Source of the DNA: an uncultured Pelagibacteraceae bacterium | GTDB taxonomy: Bacteria > Pseudomonadota > Alphaproteobacteria > Pelagibacterales > AG-422-B15 | Assembly: GCA_902571005.1 (NCBI GenBank) | Contig: CACGAG010000007.1 | Coordinates: 12,162-76,161 of the forward strand | Direction of reading: 5' to 3' | DNA length: 64,000 nucleotides | Part shown: one piece after another, positions 54,241-64,000 of the stretch | How positions within the stretch are numbered: the first letter of the stretch is position 1 | How the letters are laid out: each line of letters starts with the position of its first letter | Program-made: the position numbers and the translations under genes | Notes under the pieces: model-generated | Told to the model about the DNA's origin: nothing | The model's input: the letters and a program-made list of their open reading frames with translations, nothing else | Database searches by the model: none

Positions 54241-54431
54241 AACTTTCCCCCTCGTTATGTTTATTTAGATAGCAGTACTATATTTAGTACATAAATGAAC
54301 ACTATATTCAAAATGTGGTAAAACAAGTTTCTTTTATAATTTAAGTAATTGAATTTATTTGATTTTTCATAATATTTTTAAAAATGTCACATTTATACAA
54401 CATTATTTTGTACATCTACACGGGATTGATT

Positions 54432-55958
54432 CTATTCAATCTGTATTAATAGCTCAGATACAAGTTTATTTATATTTAACCCTTTTGATGCAAGTCCATA
54501 GATCTTTTTATCTGGTCTAATAATTATTTCCCCTGCTTCTAAATAATCGGATAACTCGGGTCCGATATTAAAATTAGAATAGTCAAAAATAAATTTAAAA
54601 TTTAGGTTAATTAATTTTTCATATATATCCTCAGAGAATTCATTTCTTACATCTTTTTTTGAAAATATTGCAAAACAGTTTCCAACCATTTTATCTAAGC
54701 AAGCAATACCTTGTTTATCAGTAATCTCTCTATTAAAAAGTCTTCTGTTGATTATAACTTCACTCTGTGAATGACTAAAAATACCTTTTTTTGATTCCTT
54801 TTCTTCAATATTGTTATTTCTCCCAAATGCTTGATCTCTGGCCTCTGGGGCGATTGCCTCCTCTAATGGCATATTTTTCTGAAATGCCATAGATAATGAA
54901 TCAATCAATTGTCCAAGCGCAATAGATGATTTTATTGTTTGCTTTATTGGTTGAGCTCTCTCTAAATTATAAGAAAGTAGAAGATTTTTATTGCAATTAA
55001 AATTAACAACTAAATTAATTTTCCATATTAGATTTAATATATCTCTAATTCCTGTATTTAGACCTTGACTTGCATAGGGCGGCATTTGATAGGCGGTATC
55101 ACCTATTAAAAAGACATTTTTTTTCTGAAAAGTATTAGCAAAAGATCCTCTAAAATTTTGAATAAATACATTTTCAATCTCGTACTGATTAGGTTCTATC
55201 CATTTTGAAATTAAGTTTTGGATATTATTTTTTTGAATAATTTTATGGTGTTGTTCACCTGTTAGTAATTGAAATTCAAACCTATGTCTTCTATTTGAAA
55301 GAGAAATATAAGAAGTAGGTCTTTTATCGTCGCAAATTTGCCTGAAAACATTTTCTAAACTATTTTCATTCTTAAGCAATATATCGACAAGAAGCCAATT
55401 TTTTGAGTATCTTTGATCAACGAACTCAATGTCTAATTTATTTCTTACAAAAGAATTTGCACCATCGCATGCGATTAGGTAAAGAGCTTCAAAATGTTTT
55501 AATTTGTTACCACTTTTTGTATCAAGTCCCACTTTATTATCATTTAAACTAAAGTTAATAAGTTCGTTATCAAATAGTAAATCTATATTTTCATCAGCTT
55601 TACACTTTTCTCTTATTATTTTTTCAATCTCTGGCTGAAAAAAAGTACAAACAGAAGGAAAGTCATTATCAGTGTGTAATACTGGATTACGTTGGATCAC
55701 TTTTCCATTAGTTAGCACAATGTCAGTAAAATCTGGTTTATTTAAAAATACTTTTAGAGAATCGTATAAACCAACATTTTTCAGTAAACGTAAACTTTCA
55801 TCATCGAATGATACAGCTTTTGAGGAGAATTCAGTGTCCGATTTTGACTCAATAACTAGTGTTCTAAGATTGTATTGGCTACACACTTTTGCACAGATTT
55901 GTCCAATTAGTCCGAAACCCACAATTGCAATATCATATTGATTAATATTACTAGTCAA
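54432..55958 (-). CDS. FAD-dependent aromatic-ring monooxygenase (MhpA/PheA-like)
   Basis: YDIAIVGFGLIGQ, CDGANSFVR and LIGDTAYQMPPYASQGLNTGIRD motifs. The likely start is the TTG at 55958, 5 nt after AGGAG. The track start at 56000 is also a TTG. Confidence 0.75.
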   Translation of the reverse strand: MTSNINQYDIAIVGFGLIGQICAKVCSQYNLRTLVIESKSDTEFSSKAVSFDDESLRLLKNVGLYDSLKVFLNKPDFTDIVLTNGKVIQRNPVLHTDNDFPSVCTFFQPEIEKIIREKCKADENIDLLFDNELINFSLNDNKVGLDTKSGNKLKHFEALYLIACDGANSFVRNKLDIEFVDQRYSKNWLLVDILLKNENSLENVFRQICDDKRPTSYISLSNRRHRFEFQLLTGEQHHKIIQKNNIQNLISKWIEPNQYEIENVFIQNFRGSFANTFQKKNVFLIGDTAYQMPPYASQGLNTGIRDILNLIWKINLVVNFNCNKNLLLSYNLERAQPIKQTIKSSIALGQLIDSLSMAFQKNMPLEEAIAPEARDQAFGRNNNIEEKESKKGIFSHSQSEVIINRRLFNREITDKQGIACLDKMVGNCFAIFSKKDVRNEFSEDIYEKLINLNFKFIFDYSNFNIGPELSDYLEAGEIIIRPDKKIYGLASKGLNINKLVSELLIQIE

Positions 55959-56048
55959 AATAACTCCTAGATAATGAAATCGCTTGACTCTTACTTTCAA
56001 TTTAGTTTGAATTCAAGCCATTATTTAATTTGATAAAAAAGATTTAAA

Positions 56049-57155
56049 ATGGTGAAAATAGTAAATTCATGGAATGAGTGGGATCCTCTAAAACACATAA
56101 TTGTTGGAAGAGCAGATAATTGTTGCATTGCTCCAGTTGAACCTGCAATGGCTCCGAAAATTCCTGAAGACTCTGACATGAAAGGTCAATTTGGACCAAG
56201 GCCACAACATACAATTGATAAAGCAAATTATTTACTTGATAATTTCTCTGATGTTCTAGAAAAAAGAGGCATAAAAGTAGATCGTCCATCTCCGTTAGAT
56301 TTCAATCAGAAAATTGGTACCCCAGATTGGAGTATAGAAACAATGTTTGGCTGTATGCCTCCCCGAGATGTTATTCTTACTTTAGGTAGTGAGATGCTGG
56401 AAGCTACGATGTCCTTTCGTTCAAGATGGTTTGAATATTTATGTTATCGACCACTATTACAAAGTTTTTTTGACCAAGATCCAGAAATGAAATGGGAAAC
56501 TGCTCCAAAACCAAGGTTAACGAACAAATCATACAGGGATAATTATCTTGCAGATGACATAACAATAGAACAAAGATACGAATGGGTTGCCAATAAAAAG
56601 TTTGTTACCACTGAAGAAGAACCACTATTTGATGCAGCCGATGTGTTAAGAATGGGCAAAGATTTATTTATTCAACACGGGTTCACAACGAACTTAAAAG
56701 GCATTGATTGGATTAAAAGACACTTTCCAGACCAACGTGTTCATGTACTAAATTTCCCAACTGATCCTTTTCCTACACATATTGACGCTACATTTACGCC
56801 ATTGAGGCCAGGATTGATATTAAATAATCCTGAAAGAAGACTACCTGATGAACAAAGAAAAATTTTTCATGATAATGACTGGGAAATAGTCGATGCCGCT
56901 AGACCTGCTCATAATTCTCCTCCTCCATTATGCTATTCAAGCGTATGGCTGAGCATGAACGTTCTTATGCTAGATCCAAAAACAGTTTGCGTTGAAGAAA
57001 CTGAAGTTCACCAGATGGATCAACTAGATAAGTTAAATTTCGAAGTTGTTCCGGTTCCTTTCAGGGATGCTTATCCATTTGGTGGCGCTTTACACTGCGC
57101 GACAACTGATGTTTATCGTGAAAGCAGCCAGGAGGATTACTTTACGAAACAATAA
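56049..57155 (+). CDS. amidinotransferase of the L-arginine:glycine amidinotransferase (AGAT/StrB1) family
   Basis: Collinear with vertebrate AGAT as recalled: NEWDPL..IVGRA, MPPRD, RSRWFEY, APKP, KFVTTEEEPLFDAAD, HIDATF, WLSMNVLMLD, GGALHC. Confidence 0.85.
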   Translation: MVKIVNSWNEWDPLKHIIVGRADNCCIAPVEPAMAPKIPEDSDMKGQFGPRPQHTIDKANYLLDNFSDVLEKRGIKVDRPSPLDFNQKIGTPDWSIETMFGCMPPRDVILTLGSEMLEATMSFRSRWFEYLCYRPLLQSFFDQDPEMKWETAPKPRLTNKSYRDNYLADDITIEQRYEWVANKKFVTTEEEPLFDAADVLRMGKDLFIQHGFTTNLKGIDWIKRHFPDQRVHVLNFPTDPFPTHIDATFTPLRPGLILNNPERRLPDEQRKIFHDNDWEIVDAARPAHNSPPPLCYSSVWLSMNVLMLDPKTVCVEETEVHQMDQLDKLNFEVVPVPFRDAYPFGGALHCATTDVYRESSQEDYFTKQ

Positions 57156-57158
57156 TTT

Positions 57159-58286
57159 TTAATAATTTGTTTTCTCAATTATGATATTTCGATTGATATA
57201 ACAATTCATTAAAAGTCCAAACCCAAACATAACTGCTAACATCGAACTCCCTCCATAGGATATAAATGGAAGTGGAACTCCTACTACTGGTAGCAAGCCT
57301 GTGACCATTCCAATATTTACAAAAACGTAAATGAAAAATACATTACATACTCCTAATGACAAATATTTACTAAATAAGCTGCGACTTTTGAGTGCAAGAC
57401 GAATTGAAATCATAATTAAGGCTGCATATATTAATAATAAAAGTAATGTCCCTATGAAACCAAATTCCTCACCTAACATTGTAAATATAAAATCTGTTTG
57501 CATTTCAGGAAGAAAATTTAGATGGCTCTGAGTACCTTCCATGTAACCTTTCCCAAAAATACCACCAGAGCCAAGAGCAATTTTTGATTGCATTATGTGG
57601 TATCCATTTCCAAGAGGATCGCGTTCAGGATTGAAAAAAGTGAGCACTCTGTCTTTCTGATAATCTTTGAGATATTGCCACAAAACTGGTAAAGAACATA
57701 AAATTGAAAATACGCCTACTATAAAATATTTATAATTTAAACCTGAGATCCAAAAAAGACTTATTCCGCCAATTAAAATTATGAGAGCTGTACCTAAATC
57801 CGGCTGTGTAATAACTAACAATACTGGAACTATAGTAATGATCAGGGGAATAATCAGAGTCTTAATAAAACTACTATCGTTATTTATTGAATGAAAATAC
57901 TTAGCTAGAGCTAAGATTAATGTATATTTAACAAATTCAGAAGGTTGTAGACTGATACCAGCTATATTAATCCATCGAGTAGCACCGTTACTTTCAATTC
58001 CAAAAAAAGGAATGATGACTAAAGATACTATGCTCAGGAAAAAAATTACATATGCATAACCAAATATTAACCTTAAATCAAAAAATATGACTAAAAAAAA
58101 GATCATTAATCCAAGTATAAATCTTTGAGAGTGCTTCAATGGCCACGAGTAAAAGTTTCCGTTTGATATACTATATAATGCAGCCAAACCCACAAAAAAT
58201 AGTATAATTATTAAGCCCAATAGAGGATAATTGATACTTTGTAGCTTAGCAAAGACTGAACTATAAAAGTTATTTTGATTAAACAT
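57159..58286 (-). CDS. rodA: rod-shape-determining protein RodA (SEDS family)
   Basis: 10-TM FtsW/RodA pattern. It lies downstream of mrdA with an 8-nt overlap. Confidence 0.9.
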   Translation of the reverse strand: MFNQNNFYSSVFAKLQSINYPLLGLIIILFFVGLAALYSISNGNFYSWPLKHSQRFILGLMIFFLVIFFDLRLIFGYAYVIFFLSIVSLVIIPFFGIESNGATRWINIAGISLQPSEFVKYTLILALAKYFHSINNDSSFIKTLIIPLIITIVPVLLVITQPDLGTALIILIGGISLFWISGLNYKYFIVGVFSILCSLPVLWQYLKDYQKDRVLTFFNPERDPLGNGYHIMQSKIALGSGGIFGKGYMEGTQSHLNFLPEMQTDFIFTMLGEEFGFIGTLLLLLIYAALIMISIRLALKSRSLFSKYLSLGVCNVFFIYVFVNIGMVTGLLPVVGVPLPFISYGGSSMLAVMFGFGLLMNCYINRNIIIEKTNY

Positions 58287-60150
58287 TAAAAATTTCGTTT
58301 CTTTTTAAATTGAGTTTTTTTTCAAATAAATATTTGAATATATCTGATGCAATCGGAGCCGCAGATCCAGATCCACTGCCTCCATGTTCAACAATTACAG
58401 AAACTGCATACTTAGGATCTGTAGTTGGACCGTATCCGATAAAAAGACCATGATCTCTTTTTTCCCACGGCAAATCTTTATTTTTTATTAAACCTTCTTC
58501 TCTTTCTTTAATTGATATTGCTCTTACTTGAGATGTGCCTGTTTTACCCGCCATTTTATACTTACCGATAATTCTTGATCTATAGGAAGTCCCTCCAGGA
58601 GCATTAGTAGCTTCGTCTAATGCATTTTTAATAATTTTTAGATATCCGGGATCTGCAATAATTCGCTCATTATAAATATTTACGGTTTCATTATCATATA
58701 TTAATTTTGGGCTAAGCCTCGTTCCATTGTTAATTAATTGAGCTAACGCAAGAGACAACTGCGCTGCAGTTGTTAAAAAATATCCTTGGCCTATACCAGC
58801 AGATAACGTTTCTCCTACCATCCATCTACTACCAAGATTTTCTAATTTCCACTGTTTGTTTGGAACTACTCCACTTTTTTCTTCATAAAGAGATTTGAAA
58901 ACTTTTTCTCCTAACCCATATCTTTTACAAACCTCTGCAATTTTATTAATTCCTATTCTTCTTGCAATTTGATAAAAATAAACATCACAAGATACCTTTA
59001 TAGCCTTTGTCATATCTACATTTCCGTGTCCTTCCTTCTTCCAGCAATGAAATGTTTTGTACCCTGATTCTAGGCTAGTATCTTCTATTAAGTGTTTCCC
59101 ATCACAAAAAAAAGTTTCTTTATGAGAAACTCCTGACTCTAAGGCTGCTAGTGCAACAAATGGTTTTATGGTTGATCCAGGAGGATATTGATTGGATATC
59201 GATTTATTAATCAGTGGTTTATATTTATCTGATAAGAGATTTTCCCAAGCTTCATTTGAAATAGATTTACTAAATATATTTGGATCATAGGATGGTGAGG
59301 ATGCCAATGCATAAAACTCGCCATTTTTAACATTAATAACAGAGACGCTTCCACTAAGTCCTTTTAATCTTTCATAGCAAAACTTTTGTAATTCTGAGTC
59401 AATTGTAAGTTGTATGTAGTTTCCTTGTACGCTATTTACTCGATCGAGTTCTCTAATTTCTCGTCCACTGGCATTAACTTCAATATTCTTATTGCCTAGT
59501 TTACCTCTTAAAATTGTATCTTTAGCTTTTTCTACACCTATCTTGCCTGCTTTTGCTGTGCTTAGATTAGATAATGGGTTTGACTCTTCTTCATTTTTAC
59601 TTATTGGAGAAACATACCCAATTAAATGTGAGTGCGACTCTCCTTGAGTATAATATCTCTTGAAGCCAATCTGAGGGTAAATTCCCTCTAATTTATGAAT
59701 ATTTACATTTATTTTAGAAAAATCCTCCCATGTCAAGTCATCGATAATTCCAACAGGAATGAATTTTTTTCTTGAGTTTACTTCCTTTAATATTTTTTCT
59801 ATATCAATATTTGCGTGAGGTAAAAGTGACTTTAAATTAACTAATGATTTTTCTACGTCTCTAGTTTCTTCTTTTATTATTATAATTTCATATTTTTGTT
59901 TATTGATAGCCATTGGTCGCCCCTGCAAATCAAAAATAATACCTCTTTCTGGTTCGAGAAATCTGTGTGTTATTCTGTTTTTATCAGATAATTTTTTATA
60001 ATTACTATTCTCGGCGATTTGTAAATAAGCTAATCTTCCAACAAGCACCGAGAATACACCAGCTTTAGCAATTGTTACAAGCGCTGCTCTTCTATTGATT
60101 AAATTTTCAGTATCATATTTTTGGAAAATAAATTTACCTGATTTCTTCAT
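58279..60150 (-). CDS. mrdA: penicillin-binding protein 2
   Basis: STIKP (SxxK) and KTGT motifs, with an N-terminal anchor. Confidence 0.9.
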   Translation of the reverse strand: MKKSGKFIFQKYDTENLINRRAALVTIAKAGVFSVLVGRLAYLQIAENSNYKKLSDKNRITHRFLEPERGIIFDLQGRPMAINKQKYEIIIIKEETRDVEKSLVNLKSLLPHANIDIEKILKEVNSRKKFIPVGIIDDLTWEDFSKINVNIHKLEGIYPQIGFKRYYTQGESHSHLIGYVSPISKNEEESNPLSNLSTAKAGKIGVEKAKDTILRGKLGNKNIEVNASGREIRELDRVNSVQGNYIQLTIDSELQKFCYERLKGLSGSVSVINVKNGEFYALASSPSYDPNIFSKSISNEAWENLLSDKYKPLINKSISNQYPPGSTIKPFVALAALESGVSHKETFFCDGKHLIEDTSLESGYKTFHCWKKEGHGNVDMTKAIKVSCDVYFYQIARRIGINKIAEVCKRYGLGEKVFKSLYEEKSGVVPNKQWKLENLGSRWMVGETLSAGIGQGYFLTTAAQLSLALAQLINNGTRLSPKLIYDNETVNIYNERIIADPGYLKIIKNALDEATNAPGGTSYRSRIIGKYKMAGKTGTSQVRAISIKEREEGLIKNKDLPWEKRDHGLFIGYGPTTDPKYAVSVIVEHGGSGSGSAAPIASDIFKYLFEKKLNLKRNEIFNV

Positions 60151-60619
60151 ATTTTTTCTGACTATATATAATTATTAAGTTTAATGGCGGGTATAATAAA
60201 ACTATTATTAAGAAAGCTGACAATTCACCAACAGATAAGTAATTGAGTTGATAATTAAAATAGATAAAAAAGTTTTTAAAAATAAATAATATTAATAATG
60301 CTATAATAAAAATTATAAATTTTATTTTTTGTTGTTCGAATAAACCATTAATTGAGGTAATTTGACTTAAAACATAGAAATATAAAAAAATACTTCCAGA
60401 ATAACCTAAATTCATTCCAAGCAAAATATCTTGAAAAATACCCCAAGCAAAAAGAAGAAGAGGAACTAACCATTCGCTTTCGTTCCATTTTATTGAATAC
60501 AACAAAATGGATAGTATAAAAGTTAAATCGATTAGATTAAAATTAAAAACATTGTTAAATGAAATAAAAAAAAGAAGAGATCCATTTAATAGCAAATATC
60601 GTTTGAAACTTAGAGTCAT
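60134..60619 (-). CDS. mreD: rod-shape-determining protein MreD
   Basis: 161-aa polytopic membrane protein between mreC and mrdA. Confidence 0.7.
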   Translation of the reverse strand: MTLSFKRYLLLNGSLLFFISFNNVFNFNLIDLTFILSILLYSIKWNESEWLVPLLLFAWGIFQDILLGMNLGYSGSIFLYFYVLSQITSINGLFEQQKIKFIIFIIALLILFIFKNFFIYFNYQLNYLSVGELSAFLIIVLLYPPLNLIIIYSQKKYEEIR

Positions 60620-60622
60620 ATT

Positions 60623-61462
60623 TTAGTTTTCATTTATTAGTTTATAATTTAATAATTTCACATGCGATAAAGTTGCTATATTTTCAAATATACTAATTTC
60701 GATTTCATTTGATTCTTTTCCAACTACTTGACCAATCAATTGAAATGGAGGAAAAATTCCACCTTTTCCTGATGTTGTGACTAAGTCTCCAATGCTGATT
60801 TTTTCAATATGTTCTACATATTTTATAGTTGGGTTTTCTCGACCTTGACCTACTAGCATACCATGATAACCATCTTCAGAAATTATCACTGGTATTCTAC
60901 TGTTAATGTTGCTTATTAACAGTACGCGCGAGAGTCTTTCACCAACATGAGATATTCTACCAATTATTCCATTAGATCCTGAAACTGGCATATCTAATTT
61001 AATATTTTCTTCTTTTCCCGAATTAACAATTAAGGTGCCGTTAAAATTATTAGAAAAATCACCAACTATCCTTGAAGTTCTAAAATCATATTCAATATCG
61101 TTAGATGCGTTTAATAGACTTTCATATTGAGCTATTTTTAGTTTCATAGAAACCATTTCTTGAAAACTAGCGGAGTCAAGTAATTGCATTTCTTTGAACC
61201 TTTGATTTTCTTCGTAAATATTTTGAATATCGTAAATACTTTTAAATCCATTTTTGATTAAACTAATAGGACTGGAAACAATTGAAGTAATTGAGTAAAC
61301 GGCATTAATACTTTTAGCTCTAAGTTCATTTGAGAGATTGCTATTGTCAAATCGTCCAAAATAAAAAATAAGGGAAATTATGATTAATCCTATAGGAATA
61401 AGAATAGACACATAGCTATTCTTGTTAACATATCTTGAATAAAAATTTCGTGATGTCCTCAC
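60623..61462 (-). CDS. mreC: rod-shape-determining protein MreC
   Basis: N-terminal anchor, coiled region and beta-rich C-terminus. GTG start. Confidence 0.85.
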   Translation of the reverse strand: MRTSRNFYSRYVNKNSYVSILIPIGLIIISLIFYFGRFDNSNLSNELRAKSINAVYSITSIVSSPISLIKNGFKSIYDIQNIYEENQRFKEMQLLDSASFQEMVSMKLKIAQYESLLNASNDIEYDFRTSRIVGDFSNNFNGTLIVNSGKEENIKLDMPVSGSNGIIGRISHVGERLSRVLLISNINSRIPVIISEDGYHGMLVGQGRENPTIKYVEHIEKISIGDLVTTSGKGGIFPPFQLIGQVVGKESNEIEISIFENIATLSHVKLLNYKLINEN

Positions 61463-61475
61463 TGTCAGAATTTAA

Positions 61476-62528
<1,053 letters not shown>

Positions 62529-62531
62529 TTA

Positions 62532-64000
62532 TCAAACTCCAGTGACACCTGACATACTAGCTGGAGCTGATTTTTCTCTTTTGATTATTAATTTGTTTAG
62601 AGCATTTATATATGCTTTTGCTGACGCTACAAGTGTATCCGTATGTGCACCAAGACCGACAACAGTTTTGCCATCTTCAGCCAACCTAACAGAAACTTCA
62701 GCTTGAGCATCTGTACCTTCAGTAACAGCATGTACTTGATACAACAATAGCTTTCCCTTATGAGGAACAAGTTGACTTAAACCATTAAAGATTGCGTCAA
62801 CAGGTCCATCTCCAGTTGAAGTTACAGTCTTGTTCTCACCATCAATTAAAAGACTGATCTCTGCTTTTTGTGGTCCTTTCGTTCCTGCGATAACTTGCAA
62901 ATCCTGTAGTAAAATAGAGTCATTCACTCTAATTACCTGATCATCGATAATAGCAATGATGTCTTCATCATAAATATTTTTCTTTTTGTCAGCTAAATTT
63001 TTAAAATTTTCAAAGGCTTCTTCAATTACGTTGTCATTGATTGAATAACCAAGTTCAATTATTTTTTGTTTGAATGCATGTCTGCCAGAGTGCTTACCCA
63101 TCACAAGATTTGACTCTGAAACTCCAACACTTTCTGGGGTCATAATCTCATACGTTTTATTATTTTTTAACATCCCATCCTGATGAATACCTGCTTCATG
63201 TGCAAAAGCATTTTTTCCAACAATAGCTTTATTAAATTGAACGGGGAAACCTGTAACTGCGGAAACAAGCTTTGAGGTTTTTGTTAGTTTTTCTGTCTGT
63301 ATATTCGTTTGAAAAGGCATCATGTCATTTCTAGTTCTTATTGCCATGACCACTTCTTCCATTGCAGCGTTTCCAGCTCTTTCACCCAAACCATTAATCG
63401 TGCACTCAATTTGCCTTGCTCCTGCTCTTACGCCAGCAAGAGAATTTGCTACCGCTAATCCAAGATCATTATGACAATGCGTTGAAATCGTAACCTTATC
63501 AATATTAGTAACGTTATTCATCAAATGATTAATAATGTTTGTAAACTCATCAGGAATTGAGTATCCGACAGTATCTGGGATATTTATTGTAGATGCGCCG
63601 TTCTTAATCGCCGCTTCAACAGTTTTACACATAAAGTCTAAATCTGTCCTAGTTCCATCTTCACAAGACCACTCAACATCATCACATAGATTTCGTGCAA
63701 ATGATACACTGTCAATTACCTTCTGGTAAACCTCATCAGAATTCAACTGTAACTTATGTTTCATGTGAAGTTCACTTGTTGAGATAAATGTATGTATTCT
63801 TGGAGCCGCTGCATTTTTGAGAGCATCCGCAGCTGTTTGAATGTCATTTTTTGAAGCTCTGCTCAAAGCGCATATTGATGAATTTTTAATCTTTTTTGAT
63901 ATTTCTGAAACTGCTTCATAGTCTCCCTTTGATGCGGCAGGAAATCCTGCTTCAATAATATCAACTTTCAAATCTTCTAAAGCTCCTGCAATTTTTAATT
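62532..64000 (-). CDS. leuA: 2-isopropylmalate synthase (5' end off the window)
   Basis: HCHNDLGLAVANSLAGV and a C-terminal LeuA dimerisation/regulatory domain. The reading frame stays open upstream of the track Met to the window edge. Confidence 0.9.
   Translation of the reverse strand, partial: LKIAGALEDLKVDIIEAGFPAASKGDYEAVSEISKKIKNSSICALSRASKNDIQTAADALKNAAAPRIHTFISTSELHMKHKLQLNSDEVYQKVIDSVSFARNLCDDVEWSCEDGTRTDLDFMCKTVEAAIKNGASTINIPDTVGYSIPDEFTNIINHLMNNVTNIDKVTISTHCHNDLGLAVANSLAGVRAGARQIECTINGLGERAGNAAMEEVVMAIRTRNDMMPFQTNIQTEKLTKTSKLVSAVTGFPVQFNKAIVGKNAFAHEAGIHQDGMLKNNKTYEIMTPESVGVSESNLVMGKHSGRHAFKQKIIELGYSINDNVIEEAFENFKNLADKKKNIYDEDIIAIIDDQVIRVNDSILLQDLQVIAGTKGPQKAEISLLIDGENKTVTSTGDGPVDAIFNGLSQLVPHKGKLLLYQVHAVTEGTDAQAEVSVRLAEDGKTVVGLGAHTDTLVASAKAYINALNKLIIKREKSAPASMSGVTGV

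Noticed and set aside
54341-54415. A 24-codon minus-strand ORF (MYKIMLYKCDIFKNIMKNQINSIT) in the leader of the small-membrane-protein genes
   Set aside because: It has no SD and no coupling to neighbours. Its composition is typical of random AT-rich sequence.

Overview
This is an AT-rich, very gene-dense chromosomal window. Most gene junctions are under 15 nt or overlap. By gene content and architecture it looks like a streamlined marine alphaproteobacterium of the SAR11/Pelagibacterales type; that is an inference, and no database search was possible. I support about 65 protein genes. I found no rRNA, tRNA, CRISPR, transposase, integrase, phage or recognisable defence genes, and no recognisable DNA-binding transcription factor.

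The left half (1-35 kb) is methyl-group/C1 metabolism:
- heterotetrameric sarcosine oxidase (soxBDAG) and a dimethylglycine-dehydrogenase-type enzyme
- a homocysteine S-methyltransferase (BHMT-like)
- a glycine-betaine ABC transporter (proX, fused proW, divergent proV)
- two paralogous GcvT/DmdA-like aminomethyltransferases
- a short MetF-like gene, formate-THF ligase, and several hydrolases and CoA ligases

The right half is a redox/methyltransferase island, a DgcN/DgcA-like pair, and housekeeping genes (rpmF, hisI, recX, lpxB, a basic-amino-acid-type ABC transporter, mreBCD-mrdA-rodA, leuA).

Several ORF-track starts are TTG/GTG run-ins. I re-set them to downstream ATGs after reading the junctions.

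Items most worth a second look:
1. A five-gene copper-relay module (SCO1, Cys-rich lipoprotein, PCuAC, DUF2182 with a 13-Met/40-residue insert, Cys-cluster DUF1326) spliced into the demethylation gene string.
2. A GC-rich structured leader with terminator/antiterminator architecture in the longest non-coding gap (40.7-40.9 kb), upstream of a 2Fe-2S ferredoxin.
3. A sterically plausible H-type pseudoknot in the leader of the GcvT/MetF-like C1 operon.
4. An unannotated 43-codon basic ORF (ArfA-like) fitted exactly between two genes.
5. Tandem paralogous small membrane proteins with a long leader and an inter-gene hairpin.
6. A close homologue of vertebrate arginine:glycine amidinotransferase.

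All family calls come from motif recognition by eye and from memory. None has been verified by HMM or BLAST.
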